In this document: piece after piece, positions 40,092 to 50,098 of the stretch
Layout: the number at the start of each line of letters is the position of its first letter
Numbering within the stretch: the stretch's first letter is position 1
Origin: Candidatus Eiseniibacteriota bacterium
Lineage (GTDB): Bacteria; Eisenbacteria; RBG-16-71-46; JABDJR01
Direction: 5' to 3'
DNA: 64,000 bases
Assembly: GCA_963762255.1 (NCBI GenBank)
Contig: CAVXKA010000002.1
Location: 160,001 to 224,000 of the forward strand
The notes under the pieces: model-generated
What the model saw: only the letters and a program-made list of their open reading frames with translations
Databases searched by the model: none
What the model was told of the DNA's origin: nothing
Made by a program: the position numbers and the translations under genes

Positions 40092-41023
40092 ACTCGATGC
40101 CCAAGCGCGATCTGCTCACCCTGCTCGATCTCACACCGGCCGAGCTCAACGACACCCTCGATCTCGCCGCCGCGCTCAAGCGCGAGCACGGCGAGGGACG
40201 CCTGCGCACGCCGCTCAAGGGAAAGGTGCTCGGCCTCGTCTTTCACAAGCCGAGCCTGCGCACCCGCGTCTCTTTCGAGAGCGGCATGGCCCGGCTCGGC
40301 GGCACCGCCATCTATATTTCGAACGCGGAGATCGGGATGGGCACCCGCGAGACGGTGGGGGATATCGCCCAGGTGCTCTCCCGCTACGTGGACGCGATCA
40401 TGATCCGCACGTTCTCGCACAAATGGGTGGAAGAGCTGGCGGCCAAGGCCCGGGTGCCGGTCATCAACGGCCTCACCGACGACTTTCACCCCTGCCAGAT
40501 CCTCGCCGATCTCCTCACCGTGAAGGAGAACTTCGGCGCGCTGAACGGCAAACACATCGTCTTCGTGGGCGACGGCAACAACGTGGCCAAGTCGTGGATC
40601 AACGCCGCGCGACGGCTGCCCATCCGCTTCACGTTGTCCTGTCCGCCCGGCTTCGAACCCGACGCCGCGTTCATGGATGCGGCCCGCAAGGACACAGGCG
40701 ACCGTCTCCGCATCGAGCACGATCCGCACCGCGCGGTGAAGGGCGCCGACGTGGTCTACACCGACGTGTGGGCGAGCATGGGCCAGGAGGCCGAAGCGGA
40801 AGCGCGCAAGGCGAAGTTCCGTCCCTATCAAGTGAACGAACAGCTCGTGGCGGGGATGGACTCCAAGGGCATCGTTCTCCACTGCCTCCCCGCGCACCGC
40901 GGCGAGGAGATCACCGACGGGGTCGTCGACGGTCCGCGCTCGAGGGTCTTCGACGAGGCCGAGAACCGCATGCACGCGCAGAACGCGCTCCTCGTGCGGT
41001 TGCTTGCCGAGGGGTGGCGCTGA
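40088..41023 (+). CDS. argF: Ornithine carbamoyltransferase
   Basis: SLRTR, HPCQ, DVWASMG and HCLP. Confidence 0.95.
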   Translation: MNSMPKRDLLTLLDLTPAELNDTLDLAAALKREHGEGRLRTPLKGKVLGLVFHKPSLRTRVSFESGMARLGGTAIYISNAEIGMGTRETVGDIAQVLSRYVDAIMIRTFSHKWVEELAAKARVPVINGLTDDFHPCQILADLLTVKENFGALNGKHIVFVGDGNNVAKSWINAARRLPIRFTLSCPPGFEPDAAFMDAARKDTGDRLRIEHDPHRAVKGADVVYTDVWASMGQEAEAEARKAKFRPYQVNEQLVAGMDSKGIVLHCLPAHRGEEITDGVVDGPRSRVFDEAENRMHAQNALLVRLLAEGWR

Positions 41024-41040
41024 AACATCGGGGGCGTCTC

Positions 41041-42162
41041 ATGCAGGCAGCGCGAGGATCGCGCGAGGGGAACCGGCGGCCGCGCGGCGGGCGCTGGCCG
41101 CTGCTTGCCTGCGTTCTCGTCGCGGCTTGCGCTCGTCCGATGCCCCCCCCGGGCGGCCCTCCCGACATCACGCCTCCGCGCATTCTGAGCGTGAGCCCGG
41201 AGAGCCTCGCGGTGGGGGTGCCCACCGAGGCGGCGATCACGATCACCTTCAGCGAACCGATCGACCGCGCGACCATCGAGCGCGCGCTCTGGGTCGCGCC
41301 CGGCGGCGCGGTGAAACCCAAGTTCTCCTTCAGCGGCGACGCGATGACGGTGCGCCTCGGCGCGCCGCTCCCCGATTCAACCACCGTCGGCGTCCTCCTC
41401 ACCACCCTGGTGCAGGACCGCAAGCGCGACGGCACGCAAAACGCCATCGCCGAGCCGCATCGATGGATCTTCTCGACCGGCGGCGCGCTCTGGACCGGGC
41501 GCGTCTCCGGGAAGGTGGATCGCGGCAACGTGACGACGCCGCCCGCTGGAGGAGCGAACCGAGGGCTCGTTCTCGTCGGGCTCTACCCCGGCGACGCCGA
41601 CACCGTGCCCGATCCGTCGGAGACCGAGCCGGCGGCCATCACGCAGATGCGTGCGAACGGCGAGTTCACGTTGGAGGGCCTCCCGACCGACGGCCGGCGG
41701 CGCTGGCTGCTCGCCATGTTCGATCGCGACGGCAACCGGGCCTTCAACGATCGCGGCGACTTCGTGAGCGCGAGCGGAGAGCCGATCGTCCTGAAGCCGG
41801 ACTCGAACGCGGTCGAGGTGTTCCTCCGGCTCATCGATCCCAGCACCCCGGCCGAGGCGAGCGGTACGCTTGAGCGCGCCGAAGGGGACAGCGCATCGCT
41901 CTGGGTGGCGCTCTATGAAGCGGCGGCCGAGACGCTCGCCACCCCGAAGGCCAAGGTCCAGGTCGCACGCGCCGGCGCGTTCCTGCTACGCGGTGTGCCC
42001 GCGGGCGCGTATCGCCTGGTCGCCTTCTGCGACGAGAACGGGAACTCGAGGCGCGATCCCGAGGAGACCTGGATCATCTACGAGGGGACGGTGGAGCTTG
42101 CGCCCGCGGAGAAGCGCGAGCTGGGCACGCTCGATGCGCCTCACTGCCGTCCCGCACCCTGA
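41041..42162 (+). CDS. Lipoprotein with Big_5/SbsA Ig-like domain
   Basis: VAAC-ARPMPPPGGPPDITPP N-terminus and ITFSEPID. Start codon uncertain. Confidence 0.7.
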   Translation: MQAARGSREGNRRPRGGRWPLLACVLVAACARPMPPPGGPPDITPPRILSVSPESLAVGVPTEAAITITFSEPIDRATIERALWVAPGGAVKPKFSFSGDAMTVRLGAPLPDSTTVGVLLTTLVQDRKRDGTQNAIAEPHRWIFSTGGALWTGRVSGKVDRGNVTTPPAGGANRGLVLVGLYPGDADTVPDPSETEPAAITQMRANGEFTLEGLPTDGRRRWLLAMFDRDGNRAFNDRGDFVSASGEPIVLKPDSNAVEVFLRLIDPSTPAEASGTLERAEGDSASLWVALYEAAAETLATPKAKVQVARAGAFLLRGVPAGAYRLVAFCDENGNSRRDPEETWIIYEGTVELAPAEKRELGTLDAPHCRPAP

Positions 42163-42180
42163 TCACAAGGAGAGACCGCG

Positions 42181-43053
42181 ATGTTCGAAGGCGTTTCTGT
42201 GGCTCTGGTGACGCCGTTCCGCGACGGCAAGGTGGACGAGCGCGCCCTGCGCGATCTCATCCGGTTCGTGCTCGGACAGGGTGTCGACGGACTCGTGCCA
42301 ACCGGCTCCACCGGAGAGGCTCCGGCGCTGAGCGACGAGGAGCGCGAACGGATCTGGCGTATCGCGCTCGAGGAGGCCAAGGGACGCGCGTTCGTGATCG
42401 CCGGGACAGGCACGAACGTCACGGAGAGTTCCATTGCGCTCACCCGCCGCGCTGCCGCGGTGGGCGTTGACGGGTGCATGCTCTCCGCGCCCTACTACAA
42501 CAAGCCGACCCAGGGCGGGCTCCTGGCCCACTTCCGCGCGGTGGCGGACGCCGTGGACATCCCGCTCGTGATCTACAACGTGCCCGGCCGCACCGCGGTG
42601 AACATCCTTCCAGGCACCGTGGCCGAACTCGCCGCCCATCCTCGCATCACCGCCATCAAGGAAGCGTCCGGCTCGCTCGACCAGGTCACCGAAATCCTCG
42701 CGCGCTGCGAGATCACCCTGCTCTCCGGTGACGACTCGCTCACGCTGCCGATGCTCGCCGTGGGGGCGAAGGGGGTCGTGTCGGTCGCGGGCCACCTCGT
42801 GGGGAACGAGATGCGGCGCATGCTCGAGACCTTCGAGGCCGGACGCGTCGCCGAAGCGGCGGAGATCCATCGCCGCGTTTTTCCGCTGATCCAGGCCCTG
42901 TTCCGGGAGAGCAATCCGGGACCGGTGAAGGCCGCCCTCGCGCTCCTCGGGCTGATTCAGGATGAGTTGCGACTTCCCCTCGTGCCGGCGGGGGAGGGGA
43001 CACGCGACCTGCTCGCGAGGGAGATGACCGCGCTCGGCCTGCTTCCGCGCTAG
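42181..43053 (+). CDS. dapA: 4-hydroxy-tetrahydrodipicolinate synthase
   Basis: GSTGE, PYYNKP, YNVPGRT, IKEASG and NPGPVK. Confidence 0.95.
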   Translation: MFEGVSVALVTPFRDGKVDERALRDLIRFVLGQGVDGLVPTGSTGEAPALSDEERERIWRIALEEAKGRAFVIAGTGTNVTESSIALTRRAAAVGVDGCMLSAPYYNKPTQGGLLAHFRAVADAVDIPLVIYNVPGRTAVNILPGTVAELAAHPRITAIKEASGSLDQVTEILARCEITLLSGDDSLTLPMLAVGAKGVVSVAGHLVGNEMRRMLETFEAGRVAEAAEIHRRVFPLIQALFRESNPGPVKAALALLGLIQDELRLPLVPAGEGTRDLLAREMTALGLLPR

Positions 43054-43102
43054 AGGGCGGCGCTTCCGCGCTGGAGCGCGGCGCCGAGCCGGCGCGCCTG
43101 TC

Positions 43103-43360
43103 TCAGGGCTTGGCGGCGGCTTTGGCGCCCTTGGCCGAGCGAGCCTTGAGGCGGCTGGCGCGGGACTTCGGGATCACGCCCTTCCGGACGGCAACGTCCA
43201 GTTCGCGGTAGGTCGAGGGCAGCTCGCTCTGGGCGGCCGCGCCTTCGAGCCCGCGCTGCTTCTTCAACTGTTTACGGACGACCGACTTGACCCCCACATT
43301 GCGCTGGCGGGACTGCTCGTTCGTCTTGAGTCTCTTCGTGGCCGACTTGTGATGCGGCAT
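43103..43360 (-). CDS. rpsT: 30S ribosomal protein S20
   Basis: MPHHKSATKR...RN...KS...KGVIPKSRASRLK; GGAGG RBS. Confidence 0.92.
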   Translation of the reverse strand: MPHHKSATKRLKTNEQSRQRNVGVKSVVRKQLKKQRGLEGAAAQSELPSTYRELDVAVRKGVIPKSRASRLKARSAKGAKAAAKP

Positions 43361-43428
43361 CAATTCCTCCCTCACCGGACGGGCCCGCCGAGGCCCCGAG
43401 CGGGTCGGCTAGGCGAAATGAGCGCTGC

Positions 43429-43458
43429 AATTTAGCAGGGAACCGCGCCCACTGTCAA
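43429..43458 (-). promoter_or_regulatory. Putative sigma70 promoter for rpsT
   Basis: Minus strand reads TTGACA-18 nt-TAAATT with an extended TG. Confidence 0.65.
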
Positions 43459-43544
43459 CGAAAGTCTCCGCCTACAGTTCCGCATGACGGCGCCGATACC
43501 TAGTGAGACGGATCGGTCCCCGGGTTGGGGACCGTGATCACCCT

Positions 43545-46475
43545 ATGGAGCATATGGAGCCGAAGTCTCCCGAGACACAGTCTCGAAACTCTCATAGTTC
43601 GTTGGAGAACCGCGCCCAGGATCCCCGGGAGGGGCTTGCCCGCCTTCTGGAGGAGTTGCGCGATGCCGTCTCCTGTGACAGCGCATGGGTGAGCCTCTCC
43701 GATGGCGACCCCGCGGGCCGTCCGGCACAGATCATGGTGGCGGCGGGCGAGGCTCCGGCGGACAACCGTCCCGGAGCCGCTCCCCACGGCGTCTTCGCCT
43801 CTCACGCGGCCTATCCGCTGGTGGAGCAGGGCAAGACGATCGCTCATCTCCATCTTGCGTGTCATCGCCCTGACGCCTTCAATCCGGCATCCGACGACCG
43901 CGCGCGGGCCAGCCTGAGCACCCTCGCCATCTTCGTCCAACACGCGCTTCTGCTCGGCTGGCACCAGCGGCAGTCGCGCTACCTCGGCATCGCGCGCGAG
44001 CTGATCGAGGATCTCGGCGGGTGCGGGCATCTGCGCGAGTGCGCGGAGCACCTCACGCACCGCATGGCCGATTTCCTCGATCTGGACCGCGCGATCCTCT
44101 ATCTCGCCAACGACGAGGGGACGTGGTTCACCTGCGAGGCGGTCCGGGAGCGCGAGGGGAGCGGCGACGAGGACGGTGGGCTCCTGCCCGGTTTCCGCAT
44201 CGATGAGGTGCCCGGCCTGCAGCCGCTGGTTTCGGGGCGCGTGGTCGACGGCCTGGACTTCGGCATCGGCGCTTCGCCCTGCACGGCCCTGTGCGACAAG
44301 CTCCGGCTTCGCGAGATGGGAGCCGGCGTTGCGGTGCCGATCGGCAAGGGAGATCGTCTGATTGGAGTCCTCTTCGCCCTGCGCCGGAATGTCTTCCCCG
44401 TCCTGGCCGCAGAGGAGCGGGAACCGATGTGCCTCCTGGGCCGTCAGGTCGCGCCCATCCTGCACAGCCATCAGGTGGTGGAGCGGCACGAGCGCGGGGC
44501 GCGAAACTTCGCCGAACTTCTCGACATGAGCCACGCCGTCTCGTCCACCAGCGATCTCACCAAGATCCCAGAGGTGATCGCCCATCGCGCCCGCGCGCTG
44601 TGCGAGGCCGACGAAGCCACGATCTTCCTTCTCGAGCCGGACGAGCAGACGCTCAAGCCGGTGGTATGCCTGAGCGAGTGGGCCGAGCAGATGCTCCAGG
44701 CCCGCATTCGTATCGGTCAGGGGCTGACCGGGACGGTGGCGGCGAGCCGCCGCGGCGAAGTCATCAACCACGCCGAGCTCGACCCGCGCTCGATCCAGGT
44801 CCCCGGCACGCCGCTCGAGCCCGAGGCCCTGCTTGCCGCGCCCCTCGTGTGCGCGAACAGACTCCTCGGGGTGCTCACCCTGCACAAGCTGGAAGGCCGT
44901 CTCTTCAAGGGGATGGACCTCGAGACCATCGAGATCTTCGCCAGCCAGGCCGCCATCGCCCTCGAGAACGCCCGCCTCATCGCCCGCATCCGCGAGGAGC
45001 GCACGCGCCTCGTGACCATGCTCCGCCAGATGGAGGAGGGGGTCGTGCTGGTGGACAAGGACGGGTGCGTGATTCTCGCCAACGATGCCGCGATCAGAAT
45101 GCTCGGGCTCTCCGAGCGCGATCCGATCGGCGCCAGCGTGCTCGAACTGCTGAACCGGCCCGACTTCGGGGTGGTACGCGCCGCGCTCGAGCGGATGCGG
45201 CACGAGGAGGAGCGGAACGTCACCCAGGAGTACGCGGTGCGCGGCCGGACCTACCTTTGCTCCATCACCGCGGTGCGCGCGGACGAGACGGTCCAGGGCG
45301 AGGGCGAGGTGATCCTGATCAAGGACATCAGCGAACTCAAGGAGATCGAGAACCAACTGCTGCAATCGAGCAAGATGTCGGCGGTGGGCCAGCTCGCGGC
45401 CGGCGTGGCGCACGAGTTCAACAACCTCATGGCCTCGGTCTACGGCTACGCCCAGTTCATGAAGCAGCACCCCGAGAATGCGGCGGTCGTCCAGAAGGGT
45501 GTGGAGGTCATCCTGCGTTCGTCGGAACGGGCTCGCGAGCTCACCACGAGTCTCCTCACGTTCAGCCGCCGACGTCCCGGGCGCCGCGAGCCGGTGGACG
45601 TGAACCAGATCCTCACCGACACGCTTCTCCTCCTCCATCGGCAGATGGAGAAGTCGGGAGTGCGCGTGGAGCGCAGCTCGGATCGCATTCCCCTCACCGT
45701 GGCCGATCCGGGCAAGCTCCAGGAAGTTCTGCTCAACATGCTGGTAAACGCCCAGCAGGCGATGCCCGAGGGGGGACACCTCCGCGTGACCAGCCGCGTC
45801 GAGGGCGCCAGCATCGAAATCCGCATCGAGGACGAGGGACTGGGCATCCCGCCGGAGAACCTGAGCCGCATCTTCGAACCGTTCTTCACCACCAAGGGGC
45901 CTCTGAGCGGCGCGAAACAGCCCGGCACCGGACTCGGCCTCTCGACGGCCTACAACCACATTCGCGATCACGGCGGCAGCATCCGAGCCACCAGCACGCC
46001 GGGGCAGGGCACCTGCTTCGTCGTCCAGTTGCCCATCCGAACGATCCACGAACAGCGCGAGGAGACGGCCGGCCCGCCCGCCCCGCGCAGCCTGGACATC
46101 ACCGGGCACGTGCTGGTCGCCGAAGACGACCCGACACTCAGCGGTCTCATTTCGGAGATCCTGGGAGGGCTCGGACACGAAGTGCACATCTGCGCGGAGG
46201 CAAGCCAGGTCCTGGCCCACATCGACGAGTCGACCCCCGACCTGCTGATCCTCAACCCCGCGCTGGCCTCGACCGAGGATGCCGACCTCCTCGGGACCCT
46301 GCGAGCCGCCGCCCCTCGGCTCCCGATCCTCATCGTCACCACGCGGGAAGCGGGGGACGCCGTCGAAGCGGGAGGGGATCCATGGCTCTACCGACTCAAC
46401 AAACCGTTCCGCAACCGCGACCTGATCAGCCTCGTCTCCAGGATTCTCGCCCAGAGCCTGCGCCGCGCCGGCTGA
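43545..46475 (+). CDS. Hybrid histidine kinase (GAFs-PAS-HisKA-HATPase-receiver-like)
   Basis: AHEFNN H-box, NMLVNA, DEGLG, FEPFFTTK and GTGLGL; C-terminal receiver fold. Start uncertain. Confidence 0.9.
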   Translation: MEHMEPKSPETQSRNSHSSLENRAQDPREGLARLLEELRDAVSCDSAWVSLSDGDPAGRPAQIMVAAGEAPADNRPGAAPHGVFASHAAYPLVEQGKTIAHLHLACHRPDAFNPASDDRARASLSTLAIFVQHALLLGWHQRQSRYLGIARELIEDLGGCGHLRECAEHLTHRMADFLDLDRAILYLANDEGTWFTCEAVREREGSGDEDGGLLPGFRIDEVPGLQPLVSGRVVDGLDFGIGASPCTALCDKLRLREMGAGVAVPIGKGDRLIGVLFALRRNVFPVLAAEEREPMCLLGRQVAPILHSHQVVERHERGARNFAELLDMSHAVSSTSDLTKIPEVIAHRARALCEADEATIFLLEPDEQTLKPVVCLSEWAEQMLQARIRIGQGLTGTVAASRRGEVINHAELDPRSIQVPGTPLEPEALLAAPLVCANRLLGVLTLHKLEGRLFKGMDLETIEIFASQAAIALENARLIARIREERTRLVTMLRQMEEGVVLVDKDGCVILANDAAIRMLGLSERDPIGASVLELLNRPDFGVVRAALERMRHEEERNVTQEYAVRGRTYLCSITAVRADETVQGEGEVILIKDISELKEIENQLLQSSKMSAVGQLAAGVAHEFNNLMASVYGYAQFMKQHPENAAVVQKGVEVILRSSERARELTTSLLTFSRRRPGRREPVDVNQILTDTLLLLHRQMEKSGVRVERSSDRIPLTVADPGKLQEVLLNMLVNAQQAMPEGGHLRVTSRVEGASIEIRIEDEGLGIPPENLSRIFEPFFTTKGPLSGAKQPGTGLGLSTAYNHIRDHGGSIRATSTPGQGTCFVVQLPIRTIHEQREETAGPPAPRSLDITGHVLVAEDDPTLSGLISEILGGLGHEVHICAEASQVLAHIDESTPDLLILNPALASTEDADLLGTLRAAAPRLPILIVTTREAGDAVEAGGDPWLYRLNKPFRNRDLISLVSRILAQSLRRAG

Positions 46476-46588
46476 CGATTCCGGCCCCCGAACATTCCGA
46501 AAGCTAGGATCGGCCCAAGTCTTCCGGTATACTCTTTCGTCACATTCCGGGCCCCCTCATCGCCTGGAAACCGGGGGAAAGCGGCCGT

Positions 46589-48421
46589 ATGCCCGACCTG
46601 TCCGATAAGTTGGCCCATCTGCCCCGTCGTGCCGGCGTCTACCTGTTCAAGGACCGGCAAGGGCGAGTCCTCTACGTGGGCAAGGCGAAGCGCCTCGACC
46701 ACCGGGTGAGGTCGTATTTCGGCGCGGGGGGCGACAGCCACCCCAAGCAGGCCGCCCTCGTTCCACGCATCACCGATCTCGAGACGATCGTCACCGACTC
46801 CGAAGTCGAAGCGCTCCTCCTGGAGATGACCCTCATCAAGGAGAAGCGCCCCCCGTACAACATCCTTCTCAAGGACGACAAGCGCTTCCCCTTTCTCAAG
46901 ATCACCCTGGGGGAGGAATACCCCAAGGCGCTCATCACGCGGCGCACGCCGCGCGACGGGTCGCGCTACTTCGGTCCCTACACCGACGCCGGAGCACTGC
47001 GGCGCACGTTGAAAACCGTGCGCGCGATCTTTCCCATTCGCTCGTGCATGGGCCCCCGGCCGGGGCGGGGCCCGCACTACCGCGAGTGCCTGGACTTCCA
47101 CATCCAGCGTTGCGCGGCTCCCTGTATCGCGAAGGTCTCCGCGGAGGAGTACAGGCGGCTGGTGGATCGAATGATCCTCTTCCTGTCGGGGCACGGCGAC
47201 GAGGTCGTCTCCGCGGTGCGGCGCGACATGGACGAGGCGTCGGCTCGGCTCGACTTCGAGCGCGCAGCCATGCTACGCGATCGCATCCGCGGCGTGGAGC
47301 GCCTGATGCGGCGGCAGAAGATGCTGGACGTGCAGGAGCGCGATCTCGACGTGTTCGCGCTCGCGCGAGACGAGGACTCCGCCTTCGGAGCGGTGCTCCA
47401 GGTGCGCGGGGGGACCGTCCTCGGCAAGGAGCGGCGGCGCCTGCGCGGCACCGCCGGCCGGCCCGATGCCGAGGTGATGGCCGCGTTCCTCTCGCAGTAC
47501 TACCGCGACCTCGACAGCACACCGGGTGAAGTGCTCTCGGCGGTGGAGCCCGCCGACCGCGAGTTGCTGGAGCAATGGCTCAGCGCGAAGGCGGAGCGCG
47601 TCATCACGATCCGCGTGCCGCAGCGCGGGCGGTTCGCCGGCCTCGCCCGACTGGCCGAGGAGAATGCGCGGGTGGATCTGGAGGAGGCGCGCGGCGGGGG
47701 CACGCGCGGCGGCCTCGATCCCGCGGTGTATGCCCTGCAAAAAGCGCTGACCCTGGCGTCGCCGCCCATCCACATCGAAGGGTTCGACATCTCGAACATC
47801 CAGGGCGCTTACCCGGTGGCCTCGCTTGTGGTCTTCCGCAACGGCAGCCCGGCCAAGTCGGCCTACCGGCGATACCGGATGAACCACGCCGGCGGGCCCG
47901 ATGACTTCGCGATGATGGCGGAGGCGGTGGGACGCCGCGCCGCGCGCATCACCGCCGGCGAGTTCCCCGCTCCCGATCTCATCCTCATCGACGGCGGCAT
48001 CGGACAGGTGAACGCGGCGGTGACCGCGCTCGAGCAGGAAGGGCTCGACGGCGTGCCGGTAGTAGGCCTGGCCAAGCGCGAGGAAGAGATCGTCGTGCCG
48101 GGGTGCGCGGGTTCGCTGAAGCTGCCGCGCAGCGACGAGGGCCTCAAGCTTCTCATGCGATTGCGCGACGAGGCGCACCGCTTCGCCGTCCGCTACCATC
48201 GGGCTCGGCGCGCCAAGGGCGCCCTGGTCTCCCGTCTGGACGGCATCCCCGGCATCGGAGAGCGCCGCCGCACCGTGCTGCTCCACGCCTTCGGAAGCGT
48301 GGCGGGGATCGGCGAGGCCACGCTGGACGATCTCGCAGCCGTGCCCGGCATCGGACTCAAGGTCGCGCGCGCGATCCACGAGGCGCTGCACGAAGAGGGG
48401 AGGGACTCCGATGCCGCGTGA
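46589..48421 (+). CDS. uvrC: Excinuclease ABC subunit C
   Basis: GVYLF, YVGKAK, FDISN, LIDGG, RDEAHRFA and HhH motifs. Confidence 0.96.
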   Translation: MPDLSDKLAHLPRRAGVYLFKDRQGRVLYVGKAKRLDHRVRSYFGAGGDSHPKQAALVPRITDLETIVTDSEVEALLLEMTLIKEKRPPYNILLKDDKRFPFLKITLGEEYPKALITRRTPRDGSRYFGPYTDAGALRRTLKTVRAIFPIRSCMGPRPGRGPHYRECLDFHIQRCAAPCIAKVSAEEYRRLVDRMILFLSGHGDEVVSAVRRDMDEASARLDFERAAMLRDRIRGVERLMRRQKMLDVQERDLDVFALARDEDSAFGAVLQVRGGTVLGKERRRLRGTAGRPDAEVMAAFLSQYYRDLDSTPGEVLSAVEPADRELLEQWLSAKAERVITIRVPQRGRFAGLARLAEENARVDLEEARGGGTRGGLDPAVYALQKALTLASPPIHIEGFDISNIQGAYPVASLVVFRNGSPAKSAYRRYRMNHAGGPDDFAMMAEAVGRRAARITAGEFPAPDLILIDGGIGQVNAAVTALEQEGLDGVPVVGLAKREEEIVVPGCAGSLKLPRSDEGLKLLMRLRDEAHRFAVRYHRARRAKGALVSRLDGIPGIGERRRTVLLHAFGSVAGIGEATLDDLAAVPGIGLKVARAIHEALHEEGRDSDAA

Positions 48422-49397
48422 ACGCGGTCGCAGCGCTCTCGCCGAACCCGCAGCCAAGCCTCCGCTCCCGCGCGCGCTCGATGAAGCCCGCGAGGACTAC
48501 CTGAGCTACCTGCGCTACGAGCGCCGTCTCTCCGATCGCACCGTGGACGCCTACGCCGCCGATCTCCTCGGCTACATGACCTGGCTTCAAGCGCACGCCC
48601 GCTCCTCGCTCGCCGAGGTCGGCCGCGCCGACGTGGAAAGCTATCTCGGCGACGAGGGGGGACGCGGCCTCTCGGCGCGCACGCTCTCGCGGCGCCTCTC
48701 CTGCCTGCGGGGGTTCCATGCGTACCTTCAGCGGCGCCGGGCCGCGCTCACGGATCCCACCGACGGGCTCGATGCGCCTCGGCGGGGGCGGCGCCTGCCG
48801 CGCGTGCTGAGCGTGGACGAGGCGGTGAGGCTGGTGGGCGCGCCGAGCGGCGACGGGCCGTTGGCGCGGCGCGACCGGGCGCTGCTCGAACTCCTGTACG
48901 GCTCGGGCCTGCGCGTCTCCGAGGCGCTCGATCTCACCCCGGAGGGGTTGCGTCTTGCCGAGGGCTATCTGCGCGTGGTGGGCAAGGGGGACAAGGAGCG
49001 CGCCGTCCCGCTGACCGGGCCTTCCGTGCGCGCGCTCCGCACGTACCTCACCGAGGCCCGCCCGAGCCTGGTTCGGCGGCGCGATCCGGGAACGTTGTTC
49101 GTGAACGCTCGCGGCGGCCGGCTGAGTCGCATGGGCCTCTGGAAGATCCTGCGCGCGCACGCGCGCACGGCGGGGATCGGCGGCGACCTTCACCCGCACA
49201 TGCTGCGGCATTCGTTCGCCACCCATCTTCTCGAAGGGGGAGCCGATCTGCGCGTGGTGCAGGAACTCCTGGGCCACGCCTCGGTGACGACCACCGAGAT
49301 CTACACCCACGTGGACCGCGGGCAGCTCCGCGAGGTGCACCGCCTGTTTCATCCACGGGGTGGACGCGCCCGCGCGGCGCGGCGAGAAGAATCGTGA
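48411..49397 (+). CDS. xerD: Tyrosine recombinase XerD
   Basis: YGSGLRVSE, GKGDKER, GADLRVVQELLGH and TTEIYTHV...FHPR. Confidence 0.88.
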   Translation: MPRERGRSALAEPAAKPPLPRALDEAREDYLSYLRYERRLSDRTVDAYAADLLGYMTWLQAHARSSLAEVGRADVESYLGDEGGRGLSARTLSRRLSCLRGFHAYLQRRRAALTDPTDGLDAPRRGRRLPRVLSVDEAVRLVGAPSGDGPLARRDRALLELLYGSGLRVSEALDLTPEGLRLAEGYLRVVGKGDKERAVPLTGPSVRALRTYLTEARPSLVRRRDPGTLFVNARGGRLSRMGLWKILRAHARTAGIGGDLHPHMLRHSFATHLLEGGADLRVVQELLGHASVTTTEIYTHVDRGQLREVHRLFHPRGGRARAARREES

Positions 49398-49436
49398 CGC
49401 CATGGTGACGTTTACCGGGCTTGAAAAGGAGACCGC

Positions 49437-50084
49437 ATGTACAGACTCATGAAGTCGGGGTTGCCGGTGCTGGCGGCGGCCGTGCTGCTGGCCGCGTCGG
49501 CCGGGGCTCAGACCCGGCTCGATCGGGAAGGCACGGTGGGCCTGAGCGCCTTCGGTGACTACGCGACCCTGACCGGGGAGTCGCGCTTCGGACTGGATTT
49601 CAAGTCGGGGGGCGGCTACGGGATCGACATCCGCTACACGCTCAACCCGCACTGGAGCCTCGGGCTCATGTTCCACAACCAGACCTATGGAGCGGTCAGG
49701 GACGTGAAGAGCGCGGGAGTGAACAAGCTTGTGTCCACCGAGGTGGTCGGCGAGGCCTACTACTACCGCGACCGTAACGTGGACGCCGCGCAGTACGTGG
49801 TGCTGGGCGTGGGGTTCTACCGCCCTGAGGTTCATTACGAGGACGAGGACATCCTCTTCCCCGGCGAAAACGTGATCCTGACCGCCGGGCTGGGGGTCGA
49901 GGTCTTCCTGCGCGAGAACTGGGGGCTCGATCTCAGCGCGCGGGGATTGGGCTATCTGGGCGATGGGATCGCCGACCAGGAGCGGGACGGCACCGTCGGC
50001 GACGGCACCCTGGTGACCGCGCAGGGAAGCTTCGCGTTGGGGCTTCAGGTGCAGGCCGGGATCATCTACTACCTCACGCGTTGA
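49437..50084 (+). CDS. Small outer-membrane beta-barrel protein
   Basis: Signal peptide, amphipathic strands and aromatic C-terminal strand (AGIIYYL). Confidence 0.7.
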   Translation: MYRLMKSGLPVLAAAVLLAASAGAQTRLDREGTVGLSAFGDYATLTGESRFGLDFKSGGGYGIDIRYTLNPHWSLGLMFHNQTYGAVRDVKSAGVNKLVSTEVVGEAYYYRDRNVDAAQYVVLGVGFYRPEVHYEDEDILFPGENVILTAGLGVEVFLRENWGLDLSARGLGYLGDGIADQERDGTVGDGTLVTAQGSFALGLQVQAGIIYYLTR

Positions 50085-50098
50085 GGCGGGCGCACGGC

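Noticed and set aside
43041-43082. Two 21-bp direct repeats at the dapA stop
   Set aside because: A short imperfect local duplication between convergent genes, with no evidence of function.
39192-49397. Two tyrosine recombinases as a sign of an integrated element
   Set aside because: Both have XerC/XerD size and motifs and sit among housekeeping genes. No att repeats, phage or conjugation genes were seen.
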